Shown here piece after piece: positions 1-24,683 of a stretch of DNA of 64,000 nucleotides. A program made the position numbers and the translations under genes. Numbering within the stretch: position 1 is the first letter of the stretch; each line of letters begins with the position of its first letter. The DNA comes from Eledone cirrhosa (Eukaryota), in assembly GCA_964016885.1 (NCBI GenBank), contig OZ024753.1, positions 17,112,001-17,176,000 of the forward strand, read 5' to 3'. The notes below the pieces were generated by a model, which did not search any database, had not been told where the DNA came from, and saw only the letters and a program-made list of their open reading frames with translations.

Positions 1-240
1 ATATATATATATATGTATTTATGTATATATATTTATGTATATATATTTATATATATATATATATATATAAATATATATATATATGTATGTATATGTGTAT
101 ATATGTGTATATATATGTATATATGTGTATATATATGTATATATATATATGTATATATATGCATATATATGTATATATATATATGTATATATATGTATAT
201 GCATATATATGTATATATATGTATATATATGTATGTATAT
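1..240. repeat. (TA)n-derived compound microsatellite
   Basis: TA repeats with scattered G/C substitutions. Confidence 0.95.
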
Positions 241-1117
241 AACTTTGAATAACTTTGAAATGTTTTGGCCAGTATTGGCCCAGGCCATGTCTAACTTAAT
301 AGCACCACCTGGCGAAGTCTTTCAATTCAGGATTTCGAGAAGAGAATTACTGTTTGCGGAGACATATCCGGGTGTGGGTGGTTTGTCCGGGATTACTTGG
401 AGGAATTTGTCCAAAGACTTCTTGAATTTTGTGTGGTCAGTTTCTGTTTTGACGTGTCCTGGTGTGATGTTGAAGAGAGCAGGGCCGATTGAGGTGAAAT
501 AATTGTGCCGTATTGTTGTTATGAGTTGCGATTTAGATTTTTGTATGGGACGGATAGCACGGGGCCCAAGCCTTGGGTGTATCTTGAAGGCGATGCCAAC
601 ATCATTTGGGCAGTGATGATGGAACATTTTCCACATCATGCAGATAATATAACGCTCACGGCGACGTTGGAGTGAGTAAAGTTTCAGGTTTTCTAGTCGA
701 CCCCAGTAGTCAAGGTCTGACATGCCATCTATCTTTTTCGTGATTGCCCTTTGAGGAGCTTCAAGTTTCATGATACTTTGTTTCGTGTGGGGAGACCACA
801 GTGGACAACAGTATTCAAGGTGTGGTCGGGCAAAAGTAGAGAAGAGAAGGATAATGGTGTGGGAATCTCTCGACTGGAAGGTTCTGAGGATCCGGGAACA
901 CATTCTGCGGGCCATGTCAACTTTGCTGCTTATATGCGTGGCCCAGCTTATGTTGCTGTCCACGGTTACTCCCAAGTCTCTGATGTTGTTAGATGCCACG
1001 AGAGTTTCCCCGGAGGGAAGGGAATACGGGAGTTTCAGAGCATCCTCTTTTCCAAAGTGGATCAGTTCGAATTTGTCTTCGTTCAGTAACATGTTGTTCT
1101 TTTCCGCCCATTGGGTA
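241..1117 (-). mobile_element. 5'-truncated CR1-clade LINE (C-terminal RT/thumb region plus 3' UTR)
   Basis: Minus-strand frame reads [50 protein letters not shown], with a stop at 322. The 3' UTR ends in tandem TTCAAAGTT(A). Both flanks are TA microsatellite. Confidence 0.9.
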
Positions 1118-1376
1118 ATATATATATATGTATATATATATATGTATAGGTATATACATATATATGTATATACATATATATGTATATACATATATATATA
1201 TGTATATATATATGTATATACATATATATATGTATATATGTATATATGTATATACATATATGTATATACATATATATGTATATACATATATATATATGTA
1301 TATACATATATATACATATATATATATATGTATATATATGTATATACATATATATATATATATATGTATATATATG

Positions 1377-1412
<36 letters not shown>

Positions 1413-1482
1413 TGTATATACATATATATATATATATGTATATATATGTATATACATATATATGTATATACATATATATATG

Positions 1483-1518
<36 letters not shown>

Positions 1519-1593
1519 TGTATATACATATATATATGTATATATATGTATATATATGTATATACATATATATATGTATATATATGTATATAC

Positions 1594-1625
<32 letters not shown>

Positions 1626-1694
1626 GTATATACATATATGTATATATATGTATATATATATATATGTATATATGTATATATATGTATATATATG

Positions 1695-1725
<31 letters not shown>

Positions 1726-1794
1726 GAATATATATGTATATATATGTACTTATATGTATATACATATATATGTATATATATATATATATATATG

Positions 1795-1840
<46 letters not shown>

Positions 1841-2316
1841 CATATATGTATATATATGTATATACATATATATATATATATGTATATATATGTATATACA
1901 TATATATATATATATATGTATATATATGTATATACATATATGTATATATATGTATATACATATATGTATATATATGTATATACATATATGTATATATATG
2001 TATATACATATATGTATATATATGTATATACATATATATATATATGTATATATATGTATATATATGTATATACATATATGTATATATATGTATATATATG
2101 TATATACATATATATATATATATGTATATATATGTATATACATATATATATATGTATATATATATATGTATATATATGTATATATATATATATCTGTATA
2201 TATATGTATATATATGTATATACATATATATATGTATATACATATATATATATGTATATATATGTATATATATATATATATATATGTATATACATATATA
2301 TATATGTATATATATG

Positions 2317-2356
<40 letters not shown>

Positions 2357-2392
2357 TGTATATATATGTATATATATATATATATATGTATA

Positions 2393-2430
<38 letters not shown>

Positions 2431-2564
2431 CATATATATATATATATGTATATACATATATATATATATGTATATATATGTATATATATGTATATACATA
2501 TATATATATATGTATATACATATATATATATATGTATATATATGTATATACATATATATATATA
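1118..2564. repeat. (TA)n/TATATACA/TATATG compound microsatellite (~1.45 kb)
   Basis: Seen directly. Confidence 0.95.
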
Positions 2565-5500
2565 CTCTTTTACTCTTTTACCTGTTTCAGCCATCCGGCT
2601 GAGGCCATGCTGGGGCACCGCCCTTGTTGCTACACATTTTATCTCCAGCCTGTATAGGTTGGCCACTGGTGTAGGAGGGAGTTTGTTGCTGCTGCCCTTA
2701 GGTTTCCCTCGTGTCTTGCTGTGGGCTCATCCGGGATCCTGGATAACAAGGTGTCGAGATGTTTCTTAAAGACATCCACCTCCACGTCATGCAAGTCTCG
2801 CAGATGCCTCGGCAGCCTGTTGAAGAGTTGAGGGCCCTTGAATCCCAGGCTATTGCAATACCTGCTCCTTATTCTAGATGTGGAAGACGGGACCTTTGGC
2901 ACCACACAGTGACGTCCTGTTCGACGGTTGGTCCAGCTCCCAATGCCAAAGTTTGGTGCTAGTCCCTCCAGGATTTTCCACATGTAGATCACTGCGTATC
3001 TCTCCCGTCTTCGCTCCAAGGAGTAGAGGTTCAGTTCCTTCAGCCTCTCCCAGTAGCTTGTCTCCCTCATCTTGGCAATCCTCTTGGTGTAGCTTCGCTG
3101 GATTGCCTCAAGCTCTGTGGTTAGTTTGACACTATGGGGTGACCACAGCTGGGAGCAGTAGTCCAGGCGGCTTAGGACAAAACTCCTCCACAGTGTCAAC
3201 ATGGTGTCTCGATCTCTTGTAAGGAAAGTCCTCAAGATCCAGCCAGCGAATCGTCTACATGCTGTCGCCACCTTCATGATGTGTGAAGAAAAAGATGCAT
3301 CATCGCTCATGTCTATGCCCAGGTCTCGTATCGATTTTGACACGGGGATATCGGTCCCTCCTGGTCCTGTGTAGCTGTGTTCCGCTATATTTGTGTTTGT
3401 GTTTGCAGGTTTGTATTGTAGGGCTTGAAATTTGCCAGCATTAAACTGCATGTTGTTTTCTTCCGCCCATCTGTATATGGCATCCAGATCCTGCTGTAAG
3501 AGGGCAGCGTCAGCCGGGTTTTTGATTGCCTGTGCTACCTTAGTGTCATCAGCATAGCTAGTGAGGGATGTTGTTGCATGCACCACAGAGGGCATGTCCG
3601 AGAGAGCCACCAAAAACAGTAGTGGTCCCAGGACTGTCCCCTGAGGCACCCCACTTGTTATCGGTGTTTCCCTCGAGAGGGCCCCATTTGCTGCGACTGC
3701 CTGGCTTCTGTCCCTCAGGAAGCCATGCAGCCACTCACCTACTTTTCCAGTTATGCCGAGTCCGTGTAGTTTGTGACATATCATTCCGTGGTCGACCTTG
3801 TCAAAGGCCTTCGCAAAGTCAAGATATATCACGTCTACATGTGAGCTGTCTAGTAGCTGTCTCAGTACCCAGTCGTAGTGATGTAGCAGCTGTGTAAGGC
3901 AGCTTCTTCCTGGGCGGAAGCCATGTTGCGTGCTAGTCAGGCGGTCATTTTCTTCGAGGAAAGTGATTAGTTTCTTTCTGATGACTCGCTCCATGACCTT
4001 ACTGATATGCGACGTCAGGGAGACTGGCCTATAGTTCTTGGCCTCCGCTCTACTACCTCCTTTATGGATAGGGCATATTGTGCCTTCTTTCAGCTCCCTG
4101 GGTAGTACACCGCTAGCCAAGGAGCTTCTGAAGAGCATCTTCAGTGGAGTTGCTAAGGCCCGCTTACATATTTTTAGGAGAACTGCTGGGAATCCATCAG
4201 GTCCAGCAGCCGAGTCTGTTCTAATTTCATCAATGGCGTACACCACATCCTCCTCCGTTATGTCTATGTGGTTGATGGTTGCCATTTCTTGATGTAGTGT
4301 TGTGGCATCAAAAAACTCCTCTGGCTTCGTTATTTGCATGTGCCTCAGTGGACATGTGAAGACACTTTTGTACTGTTCGTTCAGTATTTCACATATCTCT
4401 TGGGGATTTCGGTTAATGAACCGTCCGTGTGGAAGAGTGGTCCAATCTTGCAGTGTACTGAGGCAGTTTCTTTTGCAAATTTAAAGAAGGCCTTAGGGTT
4501 TGTTTTAATGTTTTCTATGGCCCTGTTCTCTTTCCTTGCCCTCTCATTCTCATGTGAAAGCTTGAGTGCAATCTCGGTGTCAAGTAGTGCACGTTTCAAA
4601 TAGGATTCCTTCTTGTTTTGGTTTTGTTGACTATTCAACTGGTTTGAGAGTTTAGTTCTACGTCTCATAAGGATTTTCCTATCTCTGGGAATAAGATTTT
4701 TGTGTCTGTTTGCCTCTTTCTCCGGGACACACTTTTTGCATATGGTGTGTATCGTTGTCATGAAGTGTTGAAATTGTGTGTTAGTGTCTTGTGTGGCGAT
4801 GTTTGCACTCCATGTTTGCTTCCGGATTTCACTCTTAATCTTCTTCCAGTCAGCCCCGTAGAAGTTAAGGCTGGATAGCGTCCCGGAGCTTCTTGGTGGT
4901 TTTGTCTCTGTTGGTTCTCTTGGACCACATATCATTAGCTCTACCAAGTTATGATCCGAGAGAATTGTTGGTGTCACCTTTACATTGTGGATGAGCACTT
5001 CGTTGTTTGTAAAACAGAGGTCCAGGACATTTTCGCCTCTTGTTGGGAGGAGTATTGCTTGCTCCATGAACAGCCTGTGTGTGAGGGCCAGCAGGGATTC
5101 CGTCTGTCTATGTTCTATTGACGTCATTCCAGGGAGGAGGTGGCCCTCAGGCCATTTGACCTTTGGTAGGTTGAAGTCTCCCAGCAGTAGGATGTTGAGA
5201 CCCTGGTCCAGTTTGTCAAGGACCTCTTCTATCCTACTTAGGCTATCCTCAAATTTACCCTCATGACTGGGGGCATCGGGCGGCCGATATGTGACACATA
5301 TTACCGTCTGTAGTTGCTTCATATGTATTATCAGTGTGTCACAGACTGAGTTTGAATGTGTCAACAGTACAATTGGTGTGACATCTTCACGGATATACAG
5401 AGCAACCCCACCATGAGTTCTCTCCTTCCTGTCCGAACGAAATACAGTATATTTCGGTATATGTATTTCTGCATCTGCTATACTGCTTGTCAGGTGCGTT

Positions 5501-5790
5501 TCGGTTAGTGCCATGCATAGTGCTTGATTGCTTATGGCTAAGTCTCCCAGGTAGGAAATTTTACTCATGTTGCTGAGTTTCACCAGGCCCCTGACATTCA
5601 GCAGCAGCACTGGTGTGACTTTTGGGGTGCCAGTTAATGGCTGTCGGTATGACACCTGGTCTGGTGTCAGCGGCGGCCACTCTGGGTCCCTTAACTGCGG
5701 TGGTCTCGAGTGCTGGTGTGGATGACCCTGGCTCTGGAGACGATGCAGCCAGGTCAGCTGTCCCACAATCTTCTCTGCCATCACTAAAAA
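2565..5790 (-). mobile_element. CR1-clade LINE with near-complete ORF2 (APE endonuclease + reverse transcriptase) and 3' tail
   Basis: EN motifs LLNVRGL, ALTETHL, FRSDR..GGVALY, YRPP, LLGDFNL, LDLCF, SDHN. RT motifs AGPDG, NYRPVSLTS, QHGFRPGRS, LDFAKAFDKV, GVPQGTVLGPLLF, YADD. The 3' end is a hairpin followed by (TAAAAGAG)2. TA arrays flank both sides. Confidence 0.95.
2639..5780 (-). pseudogene. LINE ORF2 (EN-RT) split by one frameshift near 4400-4420
   Basis: The non-repeat part of ORF 4381..6570 is the EN half and ORF 2639..4339 is the RT half. Shifting frame restores [15 protein letters not shown] running into the RT ORF. Confidence 0.85.
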
Positions 5791-7877
<2,087 letters not shown>

Positions 7878-8077
7878 NNNNNNNNNNNNNNNNNNNNNNN
7901 NNNNNNNNNNNNNNNNNNNNNNNNNNNNNNNNNNNNNNNNNNNNNNNNNNNNNNNNNNNNNNNNNNNNNNNNNNNNNNNNNNNNNNNNNNNNNNNNNNNN
8001 NNNNNNNNNNNNNNNNNNNNNNNNNNNNNNNNNNNNNNNNNNNNNNNNNNNNNNNNNNNNNNNNNNNNNNNNNNNNN
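7878..8077. other. assembly gap (200 N)
   Basis: N run. Confidence 1.
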
Positions 8078-8243
8078 GCTCTGATAATCGTCAACAGCGT
8101 GAAACAGACTGTTAGCTTTCTCTCCCTTCTTTCGCTGAAAAGAAGTAAGTGGACATAGTCATTACTTTAAAACTGATAACGTATGGGTCTTCAAAATGTT
8201 TCTTATTAAACATACGGTATATTGCCATACTATACATACATTC

Positions 8244-8372
<129 letters not shown>

Positions 8373-8387
8373 TATGTGTGTGTGTGT

Positions 8388-8611
8388 AAAGGGTAAACAG
8401 AAATAACAACAAAATCGGTACAGTATATATGGAAGGGATATATTAGGTTAACGCTTGATATAGCAGGAAGAGGGTCCTTAACGTTTTGACGCTAGTCTTT
8501 CATCAGAAGAAAGAATGAGAAATAAGACAGATTGAGGGGACGGGTGGGGATGGAATTGGATAAAAATGTCTTTAGATAAAAAAATAACAGGTCCATTCAT
8601 GTTGACATCTC
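8388..8611 (-). mobile_element. Penelope-like pLTR fragment, family B, with degenerate hammerhead
   Basis: Reverse complement aligns along its length with 54720-54940. It contains TCTT-CTGATGA-AAGACTAGCGTC-AAAA-CG-TT-AAGG (GAAA mutated to AAAA). Confidence 0.7.
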
Positions 8612-8626
8612 TTGCAAAACTATACA

Positions 8627-8694
8627 TATGAAAAAGAGTCAGGACCTCGACAGCTGAGCTCCGGCCGTTTTCGACAGCTAGATCCGAACCTTCT
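8627..8694 (-). mobile_element. family E fragment (hammerhead 3' half)
   Basis: Homologous to 35975-36097, 42890-43145 and 44238-44400. Reverse complement reads GTTCGGATCTAGCTGTC-GAAA(A)-CGGCCG-GA-GCTCAG. Confidence 0.55.
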
Positions 8695-8774
8695 TATATA
8701 TATATATATATGTATGTATATATATATAGTTTTGCGAGGTTTTTTATATGAAATCGTGTGTCGAAACAGATATT

Positions 8775-8875
8775 GTTATATTTGGGGAGGGTCATATTTG
8801 CGTAATATTGCCAGAATTAATAACAGTTATTAATTCTGGCAATATTACGCAAATATGACCCTCCCCAAATATAAC
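8775..8875. repeat. perfect 50-bp inverted repeat with 1-nt spacer (fold-back of the family C 3' end)
   Basis: 8775-8824 is the exact reverse complement of 8826-8875. The same arm occurs singly at 36769-36820 and partly at 62315-62335. Confidence 0.95.
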
Positions 8876-9519
8876 TATATATATATATATATATACGAGT
8901 GCATATATATACTAGTGTATATATATATATATGTATATATATACACGAGTACATATACACATACATATATAGATACATATACACACGTAAATATATATAT
9001 ACATACACATATAGTGGTATATATACACACATATATTGATATATATATACGCACACACACACATGTATTGATATATATATATACGCCACACAGACACACA
9101 CACACATGTATATATACACATATATATATATATACACACACACACCATTTTATTCTTCCATTCTTCTATCTAGAATTACCATCGTAACCCAATCTAACAG
9201 GTGTAGCCATTTTGTAAGTTCCAAAGTTTTGCTGATAAGATATTTTCATTTTGGTCCACATGCCAACACAGCAGGATTCCACCGAGATTTTGCTTCTGTT
9301 TTTTTTTTTCTATTTTTTCATCGATTCTGTTCTCCACCACACCCCACCTCCGTTATCATTCTCACAGATATTGTGTATGTCAGTTTCGACTAAAAAATCG
9401 ATAATTTCTATAAATATTTAAAACTAATCTTATTTGTAAAAAAAAAAATAATAATTGAAAATTGAAAAAATATAACACACACATATACACTGACTGTACA
9501 TACAGACATATTCTACAGA

Positions 9520-18631
<9,112 letters not shown>

Positions 18632-19014
18632 AGGGAGAGGGGAGAGAACTGATAACATTTTAAAAAATATGTGATAAAACGTAAAAGTGATAAACGTGTA
18701 AAAAGTGGTAAAAGGGAAAATAGGAAAGAGGAGGAAGAAAACGATGTATGAATTGTTTTGTTAAAAATCTATAAAAGAAGCCATTCACAAAGATATTGTT
18801 TATCTTACTGAGATGATTTAGAAAAAAGATTTATTAATTGAAAGATTAGCAAGAAATATACGGCATGATGTCTTCCTGGTGTTCTTCTAATACTTACATA
18901 TACACATGCCATCACGTACATGCAATATGGACATCCGTCCAGTCTCGACGATGACTGTTTCCATTCGTTTGAACAACAGAACAAGTGTGCTTAGTTGTAA
19001 TAAAACTCTCGATA

Positions 19015-19990
19015 AAGCTTGGTAGCAGAAGGTCTTCAGTGAAGAAAACTCTCAGGAGAGCTGGACAGCAGAAGGGTCTTCAGTGGAGAAACTCTCAGGT
19101 CAGGAGAGCTGGACAGCAGAAGGTCTTCAGTGGAGAAACCTCTCAGGAGAGCTGGACAGCAGAAGGTCTTCAGAGAAGAAACTCTCAGTAGAGCTGGACA
19201 GGCAGAAGGTCTTCAGTGGAAGAAACTCTCAGTAGAGCTGGGACAGCAGAAGGTCTTCAGTGAAGAAACTCTCAGTAGAGCTGGACAGCAGAAGGTCTTC
19301 AGTGAAGAAACTCTCAGTAGAGCTGGGTAGCAGAAGGTCTTCAGTGGAGAAAACTCCCCTGGAGAGCTGGACAGCAGAAGGTCTTCAGTGAAGGGAACTC
19401 ACAGGAGAGCTGGACAGCAGAAGGTCTTCAGTGAAGAAACTCTCAGTAGAGCTGGACAGCAGAAGGTCTTCAGAGAAGAAAACTCCCTGGAGAGCTGGGA
19501 CCAGCAGAAGGTCTTCAGAGAAACTAACTCTCAGGAGAGCTGGACAGCAGAAGGTCTTCAGTGAAGAAACTCTCAGTAGAGCTGGACAGCAGAAGGTCTT
19601 CAGAGAAGAAACTCCCTGGAGAGCTGGACAGCAGAAGGTTCTTCAGAGAACTAACTCTCAGGAGAGCTGGACAGCAGAAGGTCCTCCAGAGGAGAAACTC
19701 TCATGAGAGTTGGGACAGCAGAAGGTCTTCAGAGAAGAAAACTCCCTGGAGAGCTGGGACAGTAGGCCGGTCCTTCAGAGAAGAAACTGTCAGGAGAGCT
19801 GGACAGCAGAAGGTCTCCAGAGGAGAAACTCCCTGGAGAGCTGGACAGTAGGCGGTCTTCAGAGAAGGAACTCTCAGGAGAGCTGGGGAAACAGAAGGAC
19901 TTCAGTGAAGAAACTCTCAGCAGAAGGGCTTCAGTGAAGAATCGGACAGGATAGCTGGACAGCAGTAGGTCTTCAGTGAAGAAAACTCTT
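19015..19990. repeat. 42-bp GC-richer minisatellite, ~23 copies
   Basis: Unit AGCTGGACAGCAGAAGGTCTTCAGTGAAGAAACTCTCAGTAG, with variants and many 1-nt indels. Confidence 0.9.
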
Positions 19991-20629
19991 TTCAAGCAAA
20001 ACGTTTCGCCCCTTAACGTGCTATAAATACACAGAAAATATTATCCTGTTAATATATTCAATTTCCAATAATAAGAAACTTAAGAAAATTAAACAGCAGA
20101 AGGTTATCAGAGAAGAAAACACACTCAAGCTAGTAATTTTGGACTTTAACCTCTTATTCTCTAGGGGGGGCCGGGCTGCATTCAGGTCATGGCTCCTAGG
20201 TGACCCCCTCCTGTTTGCTATTTAGACCTTCAAATATCAGAGACTTGTGTATTTTAACCATATGGAGAATTTGTTGACAGGATCTAGCCGGAAGTCCTCT
20301 CCATTGCCTCTTCTTTTAAACATATATTCTAACGCTTTCTTTAGTTTGGAAAAATAACGTTGATATTCATGGTAACGGTGAGAGGTGTTTTATAGTTATA
20401 AAGGTGGTTCTATACATTTTAATTTAACTTTTCAATTATTATGTATATTCCACCCCTTTTCGTAGATTTTATGTTTTTTGACTCTAGTGGTTCTCTAACC
20501 CTCGTAATTCAAAACATACGCTTATGTGTTTTCTTCCCATATATACTGTATTATGAAGAGCCCGGTACATATTCCTTTAGCCCATTAAATTACAGGGGAT
20601 TAATGTGAGTCGTTAACTCCGTTTTTTTC

Positions 20630-20672
<43 letters not shown>

Positions 20673-20896
20673 AAATTGCTAGTGCTCCGATGATCCCAAA
20701 CGAAAGTTTGGAAGAAACATTTGTCAGCAATAAAAATGTTTTGAACATAGTTTTGATTATTCTGTAATTTATATTCCGGCTCTGTAAGGACATCTGATGT
20801 ATTTACATTGAGCTATTTTTTCTTACTGGTAATAAGGTGATAATGACTTACTGACCTTTCCTGTTTATAATTATATATAGTGTATACATAAGTATA

Positions 20897-20941
<45 letters not shown>

Positions 20942-20980
20942 TTATATATATATATATATATACATACATAGTTACCCACA

Positions 20981-21062
20981 AGTCTGATGAGCTATCGATT
21001 CCAGAATCGGGCACGATTTGGTACCGAGCGTACCTAGACCTCATTTGATCGAAAAACGTTTT
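20981..21062 (+). ncRNA. degenerate hammerhead-like motif, family D (extended stem II)
   Basis: CTGATGA-GCTATCGATTCCAGAATCGGGC...GATC-GAAA-AACG-TT. Homologous to 46535-46623 and 58356-58440. Confidence 0.5.
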
Positions 21063-21297
21063 GTTTTTCTATTAATATAGAAGTTTAATTGTATTTCGGA
21101 ACAATGGATTTCATGAGACAAGATCCAACCGGGTTTTGGGACTTCAAAGAGACTGAATGGGTTAAGGGAGGAACATAAGATCCTTTCATGGGTTGATTCC
21201 TGCTGGTCATCGTTAGTCACTCACTGTATTCAGTCTGGGTATTGATAGAAACCGAGCATCTCCATCATAGGCATCTAGTCCTATATATCTATCTATC

Positions 21298-21928
21298 GCA
21301 CACGCATTTGTACACTGCCCGGGCGTTTACCGACCTGTGGAGCTATGTAGAACGACTATTGTCGCGGGTGTGACCAATCCAGTTGACCACCGAGTCCATT
21401 GTCATGATCAAACCCCCCACCCTCCTTCAAAAAACGAGGGGAGAAGCGGTTTTCCTATGTGTTATGGCTATGGTGAAAAGAGGTTATATGGTGGACGAGG
21501 TTAAAAGGGCTGAGGTCAGACACCTTTCTCTCCGGCGAGCAACTGATTCGTTTTTTTCAAATATAATTTTGGAAGGAAGAATCAGGGATGGAGAGAGAGG
21601 TGCTGTAACCCCCAGCAAAAATTTATAAAAAGGTGGGTGAATGTTGCAAAGATGGCCGAGTGGTTGGGGCCTTCTCTCTATATAAGCCTGTAGGTTGAGG
21701 AAAAAGAGGAAGAGAGGACGGGAGTACTCACTGTTGGTGTTCCTGAAGATGAGGGTTTGTACATTTTTTCGGGGTGTGTACAACCCCTGTGTAACCCCCC
21801 CCCCCCTATTGGGGATTTAAATTGTTATTTGTTTATTGTATTAATAGTTTTATTTTCATAGACCTGTTTGTAAACTCCCCATTTGTATTTGTCCCCTTCT
21901 GTTGTGCCCTTGTGGCTAATAAAGAAAT
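21298..21928 (+). mobile_element. Tx1/L1-clade LINE 3' fragment (subfamily 1)
   Basis: Homologous to the end of the ORF at 60241-61261 ([24 protein letters not shown]). The 3' UTR ends AATAAAGAAA. (TATC)n on both flanks. Confidence 0.9.
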
Positions 21929-22158
21929 TTATCTATCTATCTCTCTATCTATCTATATATCTATCTATTTTATCTATCCTCGATTTCACACAACACACAC
22001 ACACTCCCCTCCCCCTCTCTAGATATATATGATCTATTAAACATGCAGTAATTAATTACCATATGTAAAATGTAATGTCAATGTCCAAGGACGCAAGTTT
22101 CATGATAGGGAGTTCGGGCATTGCAACTACGAGTATCAATCCACTTATCTATTCCCTC

Positions 22159-22164
<6 letters not shown>

Positions 22165-22225
<61 letters not shown>

Positions 22226-22252
22226 GTGTGTGGTGTGTATTATATATATATA

Positions 22253-22325
<73 letters not shown>

Positions 22326-22635
22326 GTGTGTGTGCGTGTGTATATATATATGTGTGTGTGTATATGTATATATGTGTGTGTGTGTATACATATATATGTG
22401 TGTGTGTATATATATATATATATGTGTGTGTGTGTATATATATGTGTGTATATATATATATATATGTGTGTGTGTGTATATATATGTGTGTGTTGTGTAT
22501 ATATATATTATATATAATATATGTGTGTGTGGTTGTGTGTGTGTTATATATATGTGTGTGTGTGTGTATATATGTGTGTGTGTATACATATATATATATG
22601 TGTGTGTGTATATATATATGTGTGTTGTGTATGTA
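22165..22635. repeat. (TA)n/(TG)n compound microsatellite
   Basis: Seen directly. Confidence 0.9.
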
Positions 22636-22703
22636 AGTTTGTATATCTATCACTCTCTGTTGTCTCCCTATACGACTGACTATCAGTTAATGAGTTTCAT
22701 AAA

Positions 22704-22737
<34 letters not shown>

Positions 22738-23924
22738 AATTGCAAGAGAAGAGCCGTAATGTTTTCTTAAGATTGTCTTACAAATGTGACTGTCATTTTA
22801 ATCTTATTGATATGTAAATAAACAAGTGAACGTAACTTCACGTACTTTTCTCATCTCACGCAACATATCCTTAATTCTTATGGAAATCTTGTGAATAAAT
22901 TGCTTCATCGTTCTTTTGTTTGTTTTTCGCTTTTTGTTTGTTTGTTTGGCGTGGTTTTTCTATTCACAAATAAGTGTCAGTGTATTTTTAGATCTGATAA
23001 TAATGATTCATAGATTTGAGAAGGCTTACAGCTCTCACTCTGAATCAGTGTCTTTTTTTTTTCATATTCAGTTAGATAATACAAAGAAAATAATTAAAAC
23101 CCTACTTATAGTTTTGTTACTGAAGGAAAAACTGCCGAGAGTTGTTCGTCCTTATTATCAATAACATACAGTGTCTTTTTGAAACTCATTTTCGTTAGTT
23201 CAAATCGACTGTAACTGGATGAAAATGTTTTGGCGGATGGTGTCTTTATTTTGTATTGTTTCAGTCCGTTTAAATGTTAGTGGAGGGAAAGATACTGAAT
23301 TTACTCCCTTAGCTATGTTAAAGAAATGTTGTCCAGATATAGGTAATTTAATCCCACTGAATTTCCTACCTTAGCTGTGGTAAAGAGATGTTGTCTAGGT
23401 ATAGGCCGCTTAATCCTTCACTTCAGTAGAGACCCTTCATTTTGTGCCTGGCTAAATCACAACACCTCTCATGAGATTCTAATTGTTACAAAGTTTCAAG
23501 CGATTCAGTTTCTTCTCAACTCTTAGACACTCCGTAATGTTGGTTAGAAGACAGCGCTATGTAACGAATCGTTTATATCAACCTTTTCATCGCCATGTTT
23601 CTAATGAAAGACACTGACTATAAGTTGCATTACATTTTGAAATTAATCAAGTATATTGGAGAATTTAGTAACATAACTAAATATCTCATTCAGCTGATGT
23701 TTGGGACATAACAAAAATCTTAATATAAAATTATGTGTGAAGGTTGTTTCTTAGATAAATATAAATACGAGAAAACATACAATTTTGTATTGAAGAACCA
23801 AGTGTGGTTTTAGGCGGTTTGATATGAAAAGGGTAAAAAATGTCAAATTTTTTCGTAACGTGCGAATTCTTATTAAATTTAGCGGTTTATTTCTTTTGAT
23901 ATTGAAGTAATATAAATATATAGA

Positions 23925-24053
23925 CCCTTTCCATTCTGAGTTCAAATCCCGCCGAGGTTAACTTTGCCTTTCATCGTTACGGGGTCGATAAAATAAAGTA
24001 CCAGTAATACACTGGGTTATTTGCTGGCCTTGTGCCAAAAGTAGAAACAATTA
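23925..24053 (+). mobile_element. tRNA-derived SINE, 5'-truncated
   Basis: B-box GAGTTCAAATCC followed by the family body and the tail CTGGCCTTGTGCCAAAAGTAGAAACAATTAT. Confidence 0.9.
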
Positions 24054-24401
24054 TGAATATATAGAATAGAGATAAAAATAAAAAAATAATAGGTAGTTAC
24101 GTCCACTTATTTTTAAAGAGACTGTGTAAGACATAGGGTAATCACTAATAGGAAAATATGGCTGCCTAGGTTTTGGTGTTTATTTCTATATTTTGGGTGT
24201 TATTTTCGTAAAGTTTGCTAAGATAGTCGTTTAATAGAAATCAATTACTTATAATAAATATTTACTTTAAGTAAATATTTCTCGTTTCACGTAAACATTG
24301 AGTGTTGGTATTAGATATTCCAACTTGAAACACACACATACGCACACACATATACACACGCACACACACTCTCACATACATACACACTCACGCACACATA
24401 T

Positions 24402-24600
24402 ATGGGGAAAAAAACCAACCGACAGGAGACACAGGGGTAGACCCTGCGCAAGATGGTTGCATAACATCGATGAGCTTCACTGGTCTCTGGGGATCAAGTC
24501 GGATTATTTGGAGACGGCTACTTCTGACAGGACCCGCTAGAGGGAGTGTTTGAGGACTCTGCCTGCACGACGCTCTCAAGAATACGTGGGCTAATAAGAT
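24402..24600 (+). mobile_element. RTE-clade LINE 3' remnant
   Basis: KPTDRRHRGRPCARWLHNI..ATSDRTR resembles the RTE C-terminal RGRP..W..DR..W motif. Confidence 0.6.
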
Positions 24601-24641
24601 CTATATATAACAATATATATATACATATATATATAAATATA

Positions 24642-24683
<42 letters not shown>

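Noticed and set aside
19015-19990. CRISPR-like array or tandem hammerhead array
   Set aside because: There are no unique spacers and the context is eukaryotic. CTGAAGA on the minus strand has no GAAA partner.
23100-23280. Short protein-like open stretches (also 9175-9300 and 40560-40620)
   Set aside because: No recognisable domain or consistent splice signals.
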